Positions 49,020 through 59,462 of a DNA stretch of 64,000 bases are shown here, piece by piece. A program made the position numbers and the translations under genes. The stretch spans positions 160,001 to 224,000 of the forward strand of contig CAVSGO010000005.1 in NCBI GenBank assembly GCA_963727525.1, written 5' to 3'. Origin of the DNA: an uncultured bacterium (GTDB lineage: Bacteria; Krumholzibacteriota; Krumholzibacteriia; LZORAL124-64-63). The notes beneath the pieces were generated by a model. It saw only the letters and a list, made by a program, of their open reading frames with translations. It was not told where the DNA came from and made no database searches. How positions within the stretch are numbered: the first letter of the stretch is position 1; every line of letters starts with the position of its first letter.

Positions 49020-52000
49020 ATGCTCCGTAAGCTCACGCTCGGAACGTTCACGCTGAGCCTGCTGATCATTGCCATCGCCGCACCCGCCGGGGCGACAATC
49101 ATCGATCCCGGCCTGCGCGATTTCATGACCCAGAAGGCCGATACGGAACTGATCCCCGTGCTGATGGTCTTCGACACCCCCTACGACGTGTCGGACCTCC
49201 ACGACGCCGCGATCGAGCAACCCGACATGGGCAAGCGACGCACCAGCGTCATCGTCGCTCTGAAGAAATATGCCAAGAAGCTCATGCAGAACTCGGTCGA
49301 CGTGCTCACCGCCCCCGACACGCCGGGCGTCGCCGAGGACGTGAACGTGCTCTATTTCGCCAACGCACTGGCCTTCCGTGGCGATGCGGCCATGATCGAA
49401 GCCCTGGGCGCGGACAAGGCGACGGCCGCCACCTTGATCTACGATGAGCCGCGCAACCTCCTCGACATGACCGACGCCCGCCAGGCCCCGTCCGCCGCCG
49501 CGGCCGAGACCAGGTCCGACCGCGCCGACACCGTCTGGAACGTGCGCTGGGTGCACGCTGACCGGGTCTGGAACGAGCTCGGCTACACGGGCGACGGCGT
49601 CCTCGTCGGCCACATCGATTCCGGTGTCTGGCTCGCCCATCACGACATCTCCGGTCACATCTACCACAACCCGAACGAGATCGCGGGCAACGGTATCGAC
49701 GATGACGGCAACGGCTACGTCGACGACGTCAATGGCTGGGACTTCGGCGATGGCGACAACAACCCCAACGACGACAACCTCGATGGTGGCCACGGCACCC
49801 ACACCGCGGGTACGGTGTGCGGCGACGGCGCCAATGGCACGCAGACCGGCGTTGCTCCTGGCGCGATGCTCCTGGTGTGCAAGGTCTTCGCCCATGACGG
49901 CACCGGTACGGTGGCCATGATCTGGGAAGGCGAGCAGTACGCCGTGGAGATGGGCGCGCGCGTGTTGACCATGTCGCTGGGCGTGAAGGGCAACGACCTT
50001 CCGGCCAGTCTCCTGCGCAGCGAGCGCGCCAACTGCGCGGCCATCCGCGAGGCTGGCGTGGCCATCTTCAACTCGTCGGGCAACGAGCACTTCGAGTTCG
50101 ATCCACCGTTCGAATGCGGCATGACGGCACGCGTACCCGCACCCTGGAACGTCGATGCGGGCGTGCCCTGGAGCAGCACCGGCGGTGTGGTGTCGGTCGG
50201 CGGCACCGGCTACCAGAACAACAACGTGTACTCGTTTTCGTCGCAGGGGCCGGTCACCTGGGGCGACATCGACCCCTACAACGACTGGCCGTACAATCCC
50301 GGCGCGGGTCTGGTGAAGCCTGACATCGCGGCTCCCGGCACCAACGTCAACTCGCTCGTACCGCCGCAGGGCTACAGCGGCAACACCTGGTCCGGCACCT
50401 CGATGGCCTGTCCGCATCTGGCCGGCGTCGCCGCGCTCATGCTCGAGAAGAACCCGTCGCTCACACCCGAGAGCATCGACGCGATCATCGAGCAGTCGGC
50501 CGTCGATCTGGGCGTCGCGGGCAAGGACAACATCTTCGGTTCGGGCCTCGTGAATGCGTACGAGGCCGTCCAGCACACGCCGACCACGCAAGTGGCCAAC
50601 CTCGTTCAGACCGCCGTGCTGCCTGATCCCGCGGGCGACCAGGTCCTCGATCCGGGGATCGTCTCCCCCATCGCCTTCACCCTCACGAACAACAGCACCG
50701 TGGTGACAGCCACCAACGTGCAGGCCACGCTGTCCGTCGTGAGCAACCCGTACGTGACGGTGGTCGATGGGAGCGCGAGCTTCCCCGACATCCCTGCCCA
50801 TCTGGGTACGGGCGACAACACCGCCGATCCGTTCACGCTCGACGTCGCCGCCGGCACGCCGCAGGGCTACCAGTTCACGATGTTGCTCACCGTGACCTGC
50901 GACGGCGGCTTCTCGCGCACCTTCGACCTGGAGCACTTCGCGGGCCTGCCCGAGCTGCTCACCCACAACGTGGGCGGCGTCTTCGGTTCGGTCACCGACC
51001 AGGGCATCCTCGGCTACCTGAGCGACGACCAGACCGTGGGCGACGGCTTCGGTCTTGCCGGTGCCGGCAGCGCGCTGTTCCTCGGCTCCTTCTGGGGCGG
51101 CAACACGACGCTGTACATCTGTAACCGCGACTACCACGGCCAGGGTGCCGGGATCGAGACGTACGAGTGGGTGACGCGGCAGTCGCCCAACGGACGCGTG
51201 CGCGATCTGGGCGCCACCGGCTCGGACCAGACCTTCAGCGCCGCCTTCACCGACAGCGGCCATGCCAACCCGCGGGGCTTCGTCGTCGAACAGACGAGCT
51301 ACGCGTACGCCTCCAGTCCGAATGACCAGTTCGTGATCCTGGAGTACCACGTCACCAACGCCGGCCCGTACTCGGTGCCGACGTACTGGATGGGCGTGTT
51401 CTGCGACTGGGACGTCGCCGACGCCGCCTCGAACGTCGGCAGTTCGGACGTCGACAGGCATGCGATCTGGATGACAGGGAATACCGGCGGTCCCTACTAC
51501 GGCCTCACACTGCTGGGCGACGCGCCGCCGGAGAACGTCACCTTCATCAACAACCCGACGTACGTGTATCCGAACTCGGCGATCGACGACGGCAACAAGT
51601 TGCGTTTCCTACGCTCGCTGATCACGGTGCACGACACACCGACGCCCGACGACTGGTCGATGTGCTGCTCAGCCGGGCCCTTCGCCTTCGAACCCGGCGC
51701 GGAACACACCGCCGCTTTCGCAATGGTCTACGGCGCCACCCTCGAGGACTTCCTCGCCAACGTCGACGCCGCCAAGGCCGTCTACAACCCGTCGACGCCG
51801 GTGACGGACGAGCTGCCGGTGAAGATGTTCCACCTGGCGCAGAACACGCCGAATCCGTTCAACCCGGTCACGAGCCTCAAGTACGAGGTCGCGACGCCGG
51901 GCCTGGTGGATCTGGCGATCTACGACGTCAGCGGCCAGCGGGTGCGCACCCTCGTCAACGAGGAGCGACCGGTCGGCCAGTACTCGGTGACCTGGGACGG

Positions 52001-52100
52001 CACTGGCGATGCCGGACAGCATGTCGCCTCGGGCGTGTACTTCGCCAAGTACCGCTCGGGCAACCAGCAGCAGACGCGCAAGATGACGCTCGTGAAGTAG
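49020..52100 (+). CDS. Secreted S8 subtilisin-like serine peptidase with FlgD-Ig CTD
   Basis: AAGGAG RBS; catalytic D (HIDSG), H (HGTHTAG), S (GTSMACP); NGIDDDGNGYVDD; PNPFNP...RKMTLVK. Confidence 0.93.
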   Translation: MLRKLTLGTFTLSLLIIAIAAPAGATIIDPGLRDFMTQKADTELIPVLMVFDTPYDVSDLHDAAIEQPDMGKRRTSVIVALKKYAKKLMQNSVDVLTAPDTPGVAEDVNVLYFANALAFRGDAAMIEALGADKATAATLIYDEPRNLLDMTDARQAPSAAAAETRSDRADTVWNVRWVHADRVWNELGYTGDGVLVGHIDSGVWLAHHDISGHIYHNPNEIAGNGIDDDGNGYVDDVNGWDFGDGDNNPNDDNLDGGHGTHTAGTVCGDGANGTQTGVAPGAMLLVCKVFAHDGTGTVAMIWEGEQYAVEMGARVLTMSLGVKGNDLPASLLRSERANCAAIREAGVAIFNSSGNEHFEFDPPFECGMTARVPAPWNVDAGVPWSSTGGVVSVGGTGYQNNNVYSFSSQGPVTWGDIDPYNDWPYNPGAGLVKPDIAAPGTNVNSLVPPQGYSGNTWSGTSMACPHLAGVAALMLEKNPSLTPESIDAIIEQSAVDLGVAGKDNIFGSGLVNAYEAVQHTPTTQVANLVQTAVLPDPAGDQVLDPGIVSPIAFTLTNNSTVVTATNVQATLSVVSNPYVTVVDGSASFPDIPAHLGTGDNTADPFTLDVAAGTPQGYQFTMLLTVTCDGGFSRTFDLEHFAGLPELLTHNVGGVFGSVTDQGILGYLSDDQTVGDGFGLAGAGSALFLGSFWGGNTTLYICNRDYHGQGAGIETYEWVTRQSPNGRVRDLGATGSDQTFSAAFTDSGHANPRGFVVEQTSYAYASSPNDQFVILEYHVTNAGPYSVPTYWMGVFCDWDVADAASNVGSSDVDRHAIWMTGNTGGPYYGLTLLGDAPPENVTFINNPTYVYPNSAIDDGNKLRFLRSLITVHDTPTPDDWSMCCSAGPFAFEPGAEHTAAFAMVYGATLEDFLANVDAAKAVYNPSTPVTDELPVKMFHLAQNTPNPFNPVTSLKYEVATPGLVDLAIYDVSGQRVRTLVNEERPVGQYSVTWDGTGDAGQHVASGVYFAKYRSGNQQQTRKMTLVK

Positions 52101-52156
52101 TTGCTGAAGTGATCGCCGAAGCACGATCGATTCATAAAGATATACCGTAGTGCAAC

Positions 52157-52190
52157 AGCCCCGGCCATCACGGCCGGGGCTCTTTTTTTT
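52157..52190 (+). terminator. Rho-independent terminator
   Basis: AGCCCCGGCC-ATCAC-GGCCGGGGCT then C and T8. Confidence 0.9.
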
Positions 52191-52270
52191 CATCGGCATG
52201 TGATTTGCCGGCCCGTGCCTCATCCAACTCCACCACAACGCCCCTGAACCCAAACCTCTCGAGGTATGCC

Positions 52271-52771
52271 ATGCGCTCGACCGTCAATGCCTCTCTGGTT
52301 CTCCTGCTCACCCTCGCGTTGCCCGCTCTGGCGGCCGATTCCCGGCCTCAGCCACCGATCGACCCCACAGCGGCCAACACGGTCGTTCCTCTCGCGATCA
52401 ACCAGGCCGAGATCGCCGCCAACGTGGTGACGGATCCGGGCGCCGCCCCTGCTCCGGCACATGATCTCGTGGATCCGATGATCCTGGACATCGAGGGCGT
52501 CATCGCCGCGAGCCGCGCCCAGGTGGCCGAGCTGGCCGGCCGGGTGGCGTCCACCACGAACGCCACGACGATCGACGACCTGCAGCAGCAGATCGCCCAG
52601 GTCAAGCAGCATACCGAACTGGACATCCTCGCCATCCAGGTGCGTTACGCGCGTCAGCGCGGGCACGAGGGCCTCGCCGCGCGCATCGAGGCCGACATCG
52701 CCCTCATCCAGACTCCGCCGCTCCCCACACCGCCCACCACGCCGCGGCCCGCGCCTGGCGACCAGCACTAG
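52271..52771 (+). CDS. Small secreted coiled-coil hypothetical protein
   Basis: GAGG RBS; signal peptide ending ALA; helical core (DDLQQQIAQVKQHTELDILAIQ); Pro-rich ends. Confidence 0.7.
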   Translation: MRSTVNASLVLLLTLALPALAADSRPQPPIDPTAANTVVPLAINQAEIAANVVTDPGAAPAPAHDLVDPMILDIEGVIAASRAQVAELAGRVASTTNATTIDDLQQQIAQVKQHTELDILAIQVRYARQRGHEGLAARIEADIALIQTPPLPTPPTTPRPAPGDQH

Positions 52772-52782
52772 GGGGCCCCGTC

Positions 52783-55700
52783 ATGACGAGAAGGGTCTTC
52801 CATCACATCAGTTCTGGCTTGCTGGCGATCCTGGCCGCGTTGAGCCTGGCGCAGACGGCCCTCGCCGACGTGGCGCCGAGTGTCGAGATCCGCCTGGCGT
52901 CGCCCTTCGTGGCGGTGAAGGCCGGCGAGGTCTACGACGGCCGTTACGAGATCGTCTGCGCCGAGGACGGCACGCTCGCCGACTTCGCGCTCGCCGGTGC
53001 GAGCTGGTCGGCCAGCCTCACCGACGCGCCGCGTTCGCGCGACGTGCGTGCCGGCGATCGTTTCGTCGTGCCTTTCACGGCCACGCCCATGGACCCCACG
53101 CAGAAACTCGAGTTCACCTGCTCCTTCAACGGTTACACGGTGCACTACGCGATCGACCTGTCCGAGCGCAACGTGCACGACATGACCGAGGGCGCGCCTA
53201 CAGCGCCGGTTCCCGCGTTTCTGGACGGACGCGGCGACCCCTCGTACCGCGACGAGGACCTCGTCCTTGGCGGTCCGGGTCCCGAGCCGCCGCGCGACAG
53301 CCGGCGCACCGTCACCGTCACCGGGCGTTTCGGCTGCACGCTCGACGACGGTACCTACCTGCCGGGTCACTCCGTCCTCGTGCAGGTATACGACGAGGAC
53401 TCACTCGTCGACGACCTCCTGGTCTCCGGCTACACCAACTACGATGGCTACTACACGCTCGCCTTCAACAGCGACGACGCCGGCTGGCTCGACGAGCCCG
53501 ACGTCTATGTGCGCTTCACCACGAGCAACGGACGGATGCGCGTGTACGAACCGTCCAGCGGCGACAACTACGCCTTCGTCACCGGCGTCACGAACGACTA
53601 CACCGGCACCTACCTCGACTACGGTTCGCTTCAGCCCGCGAATCCCGACCTGCATCCTTGCGTCTTCCTGCACACGCAGGGCTCCCGCGGCTGGGTACAC
53701 GACAACAACCTCGGCTACGACGTGCCGGCGGCGCGCGTGGAATGGCCATCGGCCGCCTGGCCGAATACCAGCGGCGACGGGCGCATCCAGATTCGCAGCG
53801 ACTTCAGCTGGAACGATGGCACGCTCTGGCACGAGTACGGCCACTGGTTCGACCACGAGATGGCGAGCTGGGAGCCGTTCAACTACTGCAACGGCGTCTG
53901 CGACAACCCGCCCGACTGCGGCCACTGCTTCTGGTGCCAGGAGAGTCAGGCCATCGCCTGGCTCGAGGGCTGGGCGCAGTTCCACTCCTGGGCCGTCGGC
54001 TCCTGGTACCCCGGCTACTATGGGCGCTCGCCCCTGAGCGCCGTGAATGCCGAGAACCTCGGCACGTGCAGCGGCACCTATGGCGACCCCACCCTCACCG
54101 AGGGCTTCATCGCCGCCCTCACGCAGGACATCGCCGACAACGCGCAGGACAGCCATGGCGTGTACGGCACCTACACCGACCGGCTGGCCGTGGGAGTCGA
54201 CGACGTGTTCAACCTCAACGCCCTCGACAACCCGACCGGCTCGATGGACTTCATCAGCAAGTACATCGCGCGCTACGTGAGCCAGCGCGAGCTGTTCTGG
54301 GAGACGGCCGCGAACTGCGGCTACGACCTCGACGCCACCGCGCCCGGTCTGGTCGCCAACCTGCACTCCACCGACCACACAGCGGGCCTCGAGTCGCCCG
54401 ACCCCACGGTGAGCATGGCCTGGACGCGCGCGTCGGACAATCTGTCCGGCATCGCCGGCTACGGCCTGTTCGTCGCAGTGGGCGGACCGGGCCTGCCCTC
54501 GGCGGTGCAGGACATCGGCGACGTGACCAGCTACACCACCGATCCCCTGCCGCCGGGCACCTACTATTTCTGCATCCGCAGCGTTGACAACGCCGGCAAC
54601 TGGAGCGCCAGCTACGCGAGCTGGGGGCCGATCGTGATCCGCGAGCCGGATCCGGCCGATCTCATTCCGTACCTGCCCACGGGCTGGGATTACCCTCTGG
54701 TGCCGCGCGACGCCAACGACGCCACCATCAGCTCGGCTGAGGTCTCCGCCACGCTACCGGGAGGCGCCGCGAGCACCTACTGGAACATCTTCGGCCAGAA
54801 CCAGGGCGAGGCATCCACGGGCGTGGGCTTCTATGCCTGGCTGAACGTCGATGGCGAGAACGAGGCCAGCGTGTACTGGAACGCGGTGGGGGCGGGCGGC
54901 CTCTACTACGGTCCGAACCGCGGCCCGCTGACCGTACAAGCCGGCCGCCACTCGTTCACCTGTCGTCACGACGCCACGGACGTGGTGGCGGAGATCGACG
55001 AGACCAACAATGTCTTCGGCCGGCAGTTCATCTGGACGACGCCGACCATCTCCCCCGGCGCGCTGGTAACCCGCCCGGCGCCACCGGCCACCAACGGTGG
55101 CTGGAGCGACGTCACCTCGGGGTCCCTGTACTACAACTGCGACGGCGTCAGCGTCTCCACCACGACCGGCTGGTGGCACGCCGTGGCGGTGTGGGCCGAT
55201 TCGGACAGCGACGACTTCGACTGCCGTCTGCACACCACCTCCACCGGCGCCGAGACCGGCTTCGGCGCCAGCCTCGGCTACAGCACCAACGTCTACGGCC
55301 AGCTCGACGGCGTGATCGCCAACCGCAACCAGGTGAGCGACACGAGCTGGGACGTCGGCGTACTGCGCTGGAGCGGCGAGGGCACCTACAAGGCCTATCA
55401 CGCCTACAGCCAGATCCTCACCTTCGGCGATTCGGTCACCGTCGCGATGCCAACGAACGTGCCGATCCTGCTGCGGGAGTTCTTTGTGAGCACGGACGTC
55501 ATCGGCCCCGTGAGCGTGACCGCGCAGTGCGATCCCGCCGACGGTCCGATGCGGCTCGCCCTGCTGAACAGCACGTTCACGACGGGAAGCTTGACGTCCG
55601 GCGACCAGCTCGGTACCCAGTGGACCGACGGCGACGGCTTCGCTCGCGTGTCCAGCGACATCGCCACCACCGGCTGGTACGGCATCGTCGTCTACCGTGA

Positions 55701-57150
55701 CCAGGCAGGCGGTCTGCCGGCGACGAACGTGACCATCGAGGTCTCCACCACGCCGCCGGATCTGGCGCCGTGGACGCCGAGCGGCTGGTACGCGGGCCTC
55801 GTGCCTCGATCGGCACTCGACGGGACATCCACCTCCTGCCCGCTGCCCGACACGCTGTACTCCACGCCGCAGTACTCGTATCTCAACGTGGCAGCCACGA
55901 ACCTCGGGCCCGTGCCGTCGACCCTGCCGACGCACCTCTACCGCGACGATGCCTACCTCGGCTACGTCAGCTGGGGCGAGTTACCCGCAGGAGGCCAGGT
56001 GTCCTACAACTGGAACCATCAGTTCGCCTTCTCGCCGGGACGGCACATCCTCGCCCTGCGCGTGGACGGCGGCAACGAGATCGAGGAGACGAACGAGACC
56101 AACAATATCCGCGGCGAGCACTGGATCTGGAGTCCCTACGCCATGACGCCGCCCGCGACGGCGGCGCGTCCGGCTCCGCCGGAGCGCACGGCGGGCTGGG
56201 ACGACGTGACGATACCTGAAAGCCTCTACTACAACTGCGACGGTCTACGCCTCGCGGGGACCGGGGTGGGTTACTGGAAGAGCGTCGCCATCCTGCCGGC
56301 CGCAGGGTCAGACTTCGACCTGCGCCTGCATACGAAGGGAACCGGCACGAAGGATGGCTTTAGCGGTGCACTCGCGGGATCGTTCTTGGCCGGCACGGTC
56401 ACCGAGTACATGCTCGTGGACTACAACTCCACCGCGTTTGCCGACTACGATGTCGGCGTGCTGCGCTGGAGTGGTTCCGGCACCTACAAGGCGCAAACAT
56501 CCGCGTCGCAGTACCTCGGCGACGCACCCGTGGGCACCTGGGGTCCCTACACCATCGCGAGTGGCGGACTGACGCAGCTCATCGAGTTCCGGTTCCCGGT
56601 CGACGCCTACCAGATCACGGTCGACAACCTGTCGGGCGCCGACCTGGCGATCGCGATGCACAAGTCCGGCGTCGTGTACCAGAACCGGCTGGACGCGTTC
56701 GCCGAAGCCACGGATGCGGTGGCCGGAGCCGACCAGTCCATGACCGTCTCCGTCTCGGAGCAGGCCTACTACTGCCTCGTGATCTACCGACAGGATCAGG
56801 GCGGCGGTGCGGCCTCGTTCAACCTCACGATCTCGTCGGGCCTCACACCCGTCGAGGACGGCCTGCCCGCGCTGGCGAACCGCCTGGCCGGCGCCTCGCC
56901 CAATCCGTTCAACCCCCGCACGACCCTTGCGTACGAGGTCGCCAGGAGCACGCACGTGTCGCTGGCGATCTACGACCTGAACGGACGGCGGGTGCGCACG
57001 CTCGTCGACCGGCCACTGGCGGCCGGTCGCTATGAGGCGACCTGGGACGGCACGGACGACCGGGGCGGCCGCCTGGCTTCCGGCATGTACGTGGCGCAGT
57101 ACCGCGCGAGCGGCCAGGTGCAGACACGCAAGCTGACCCTGGTCAAGTGA
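52783..57150 (+). CDS. Large secreted putative zinc metallopeptidase with FN3-like domain, two ~366-aa CARDB-containing repeats and FlgD-Ig CTD
   Basis: Signal peptide; HEYGH plus downstream EGWA; E-x-x-E-TNN CARDB-like ends; duplicated LYYNCDG and DVGVLRWSG; PNPFNP...RKLTLVK. Confidence 0.8.
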   Translation: MTRRVFHHISSGLLAILAALSLAQTALADVAPSVEIRLASPFVAVKAGEVYDGRYEIVCAEDGTLADFALAGASWSASLTDAPRSRDVRAGDRFVVPFTATPMDPTQKLEFTCSFNGYTVHYAIDLSERNVHDMTEGAPTAPVPAFLDGRGDPSYRDEDLVLGGPGPEPPRDSRRTVTVTGRFGCTLDDGTYLPGHSVLVQVYDEDSLVDDLLVSGYTNYDGYYTLAFNSDDAGWLDEPDVYVRFTTSNGRMRVYEPSSGDNYAFVTGVTNDYTGTYLDYGSLQPANPDLHPCVFLHTQGSRGWVHDNNLGYDVPAARVEWPSAAWPNTSGDGRIQIRSDFSWNDGTLWHEYGHWFDHEMASWEPFNYCNGVCDNPPDCGHCFWCQESQAIAWLEGWAQFHSWAVGSWYPGYYGRSPLSAVNAENLGTCSGTYGDPTLTEGFIAALTQDIADNAQDSHGVYGTYTDRLAVGVDDVFNLNALDNPTGSMDFISKYIARYVSQRELFWETAANCGYDLDATAPGLVANLHSTDHTAGLESPDPTVSMAWTRASDNLSGIAGYGLFVAVGGPGLPSAVQDIGDVTSYTTDPLPPGTYYFCIRSVDNAGNWSASYASWGPIVIREPDPADLIPYLPTGWDYPLVPRDANDATISSAEVSATLPGGAASTYWNIFGQNQGEASTGVGFYAWLNVDGENEASVYWNAVGAGGLYYGPNRGPLTVQAGRHSFTCRHDATDVVAEIDETNNVFGRQFIWTTPTISPGALVTRPAPPATNGGWSDVTSGSLYYNCDGVSVSTTTGWWHAVAVWADSDSDDFDCRLHTTSTGAETGFGASLGYSTNVYGQLDGVIANRNQVSDTSWDVGVLRWSGEGTYKAYHAYSQILTFGDSVTVAMPTNVPILLREFFVSTDVIGPVSVTAQCDPADGPMRLALLNSTFTTGSLTSGDQLGTQWTDGDGFARVSSDIATTGWYGIVVYRDQAGGLPATNVTIEVSTTPPDLAPWTPSGWYAGLVPRSALDGTSTSCPLPDTLYSTPQYSYLNVAATNLGPVPSTLPTHLYRDDAYLGYVSWGELPAGGQVSYNWNHQFAFSPGRHILALRVDGGNEIEETNETNNIRGEHWIWSPYAMTPPATAARPAPPERTAGWDDVTIPESLYYNCDGLRLAGTGVGYWKSVAILPAAGSDFDLRLHTKGTGTKDGFSGALAGSFLAGTVTEYMLVDYNSTAFADYDVGVLRWSGSGTYKAQTSASQYLGDAPVGTWGPYTIASGGLTQLIEFRFPVDAYQITVDNLSGADLAIAMHKSGVVYQNRLDAFAEATDAVAGADQSMTVSVSEQAYYCLVIYRQDQGGGAASFNLTISSGLTPVEDGLPALANRLAGASPNPFNPRTTLAYEVARSTHVSLAIYDLNGRRVRTLVDRPLAAGRYEATWDGTDDRGGRLASGMYVAQYRASGQVQTRKLTLVK

Positions 57151-57237
57151 CCGACGTGCGCCGTATTCGCCCGACGGCGCACTCGCGGCTCCGCAACCCT
57201 CGTGGTTGCGGGGCCGCCCTACTTCGTGTGGGCACAC

Positions 57238-57270
57238 GAAGAACCCCGCCACCTCTCGGTGGCGGGGTTC
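57238..57270 (-). terminator. Hairpin terminator between convergent genes
   Basis: GAACCCCGCCACC-TCTC-GGTGGCGGGGTTC 13-bp stem. Confidence 0.7.
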
Positions 57271-57300
57271 TCGAATTCAACCCGTGGGCTGACTCTGGAC

Positions 57301-57615
57301 TTACCAGCGACCGCCGCGGCTGCCGCCACCGCCGCCACCGCCGCCATAACCGCCGCCGCCGCCGCCGCTACGCGGACGGCTCTCGGCCTCGTTCACACGA
57401 AGCGCGCGGCCACCCAGTTCCTTGCCGTCGAGGGCCTGGATCATGGCCTGTGCCGCGTTGTCGTCCACTTCCACGAAGCCGAAGCCGCGCGGACGACCGG
57501 TCTCGCGGTCGTTGATCAAAGCGACCGAATGAACGGTGCCGTGCTGACCGAAGAGCTGAGTAATCTCGTCATCGGTCGCGCTGAAAGGCAGGTTACCCAC
57601 GTACAACTTCTTCAA
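57301..57615 (-). CDS. RRM RNA-binding protein with Gly-rich tail (copy 2)
   Basis: LYVGNL, RGFGFVEV; TTG start 8 nt after TTGGAG (alternative GTG at 57624). Confidence 0.95.
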   Translation of the reverse strand: MKKLYVGNLPFSATDDEITQLFGQHGTVHSVALINDRETGRPRGFGFVEVDDNAAQAMIQALDGKELGGRALRVNEAESRPRSGGGGGGYGGGGGGGGSRGGRW

Positions 57616-58055
57616 AGCATTCACTCCAACCGCCGGTTCTCCGGCTTGACCAAGCGCTCAGGATCGCCAGTGTCTTCTGGCGCATCCGGCTGCGCTTCCA
57701 CCTCCCCGACGACCTAGTCGATCGCGGGGTGCCAATCCCCAACAGATCGGCTACGTTAAACGGACCGGCAACTCAACGCCACCGCTCGTTTGGCCATCCC
57801 CAGCAAACGCCAGGGATGGCCCCTAATAGCCGATTTCAAGAGCGTGAGCGGGATTTCCAGAGCTTTGGCACGCCGCGCGAACCCGCCGGCCGCGCCTGTC
57901 GACCGGTATCGACGTTCCGGGGCGCAATGGGGAACGGCCCATGTGCCACCACCTTGATACCCGCCGCGTACGACGTCAGGTGTTGGAAGTCTCCGTCAAT
58001 ATCTACGCGAACACCGCGACCCGCCAGAGGCGGTGATGAAGCCGATGAATCGCCG

Positions 58056-59216
58056 TTACCGATACATCGATTTCAGGTCGCCGAAGGTCCGCGACTCAGT
58101 CGCCACGTTCGGCTGCACGGAGATCGTGAGGGCGACCTCCGTCGTGCAGGGCGGGTCATAGTCGTCGGTCGCCGCGAAATGGATCACATGGTCGCCGACC
58201 TCGTTGATGTCCGGCGTGAATGTCATGCCCACGGTCGACGGATTACCATCGGTGCTCACGAAGTCGAAGTTCGCGAGCCCGCCGGTATCAACCTCGGTAT
58301 GGACCGTCTGCCCGGCTTCGGGCCCGATGAATCCCACCGTGAGATTCAGCGATGGATGTGTCTCGTCCAGCACCACGGTGTTATTTGCGGGGAAGTTGAT
58401 GGCTACCGGGCACTGATTGACGTCGCCGCTGACGTTGAAACAGATCTCCTGGTCGTCGAGCCAATCGACACCGCTGATGCCATCGGGCCCCGCGTAGTCG
58501 GCGCCGGAATGATCGAAGCGGCCGACGTTGAAATAGTTCACGCCGTCGCCCTTGTTCACCCCGGTGGTCGCGGCGGAGCCACCGAAACCGCCACTGCCAC
58601 CGGAGGCGTCGCCCGTTGTCCACTGCATGTCGCCGTAGCAGAAGCAGACGTTGTTGCCGGCGCCGATGCCGTCGAACGTACCGTCGCTGATGATGAGCTG
58701 GAACGTCGACTGCAGGTCCGTGTGCTGGGAGTAGTAGCCGACGTGATCCCAGGTGACCGCCAGGTAGTGCGGATCCATCTTCATCCACACGACGCCAGCG
58801 CCGTTATCGAGCGCGCGTGTATCGACGTCGCCCCAGAAGGCCGCAACCATCGGGTAGTCCGCGACGGGGAATCCCTCTGGCGTATAGGTCGAGTAGGGTC
58901 CGCCGAACGAGACGTTGCCATTGTTGTTGATCCATAGCTGAGTCTGCGGCGTGCCGAAGAGATCGAAGGTGAACGGGAGCGTCACCATATCACTCGAACC
59001 ATCGTCGTTCTCGTAACAATCGGCCTGAGCGTTCGTGAAAGGAACGACCTGCCAGGTCGAGTCCAGCGGCAAGCAGAGCCCGGGACTGCCCTGCTGATTG
59101 CAGGGATACTGCGAGGGAACGGACACCGTGGGGCGATCTCCGGGTTTCCCGGCCAGCGCCGGTACCGACACCGCGAGGATCAACCCGACCAGCAACACGA
59201 CATAGCGGGGTCGCAT
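58056..59216 (-). CDS. Secreted nidogen-like (NIDO) domain protein with Ig-like domain and FGDLKSMYR tail
   Basis: AGGAGG RBS; signal peptide; NDDGSS..LPFTF, WINNNGNVSF, AAFWGDVDTR, TWDHVGYY, TFQLII, YGDMQWTTG. Confidence 0.85.
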   Translation of the reverse strand: MRPRYVVLLVGLILAVSVPALAGKPGDRPTVSVPSQYPCNQQGSPGLCLPLDSTWQVVPFTNAQADCYENDDGSSDMVTLPFTFDLFGTPQTQLWINNNGNVSFGGPYSTYTPEGFPVADYPMVAAFWGDVDTRALDNGAGVVWMKMDPHYLAVTWDHVGYYSQHTDLQSTFQLIISDGTFDGIGAGNNVCFCYGDMQWTTGDASGGSGGFGGSAATTGVNKGDGVNYFNVGRFDHSGADYAGPDGISGVDWLDDQEICFNVSGDVNQCPVAINFPANNTVVLDETHPSLNLTVGFIGPEAGQTVHTEVDTGGLANFDFVSTDGNPSTVGMTFTPDINEVGDHVIHFAATDDYDPPCTTEVALTISVQPNVATESRTFGDLKSMYR

Positions 59217-59462
59217 GGAGAACCTCCTGAATTGATGGGGATACGGATGCTGAAGCGGTCGGACGAGGCTGGCCGGATCAGCGACGGATGCACCGTCGAT
59301 CGTCGGCACACTGCCCAGCGGTCGGCGCGGCGACCGGGATCGGTGGCGATTCACCACATATACCCCGGAAGACCGACGACAGTATCAACGGGTTCATAGC
59401 AGACGGCAACGATCCGATATCTTTAGTGATGCTCAGGAGTTGTGGTACGTGTCTCGAGCCGT

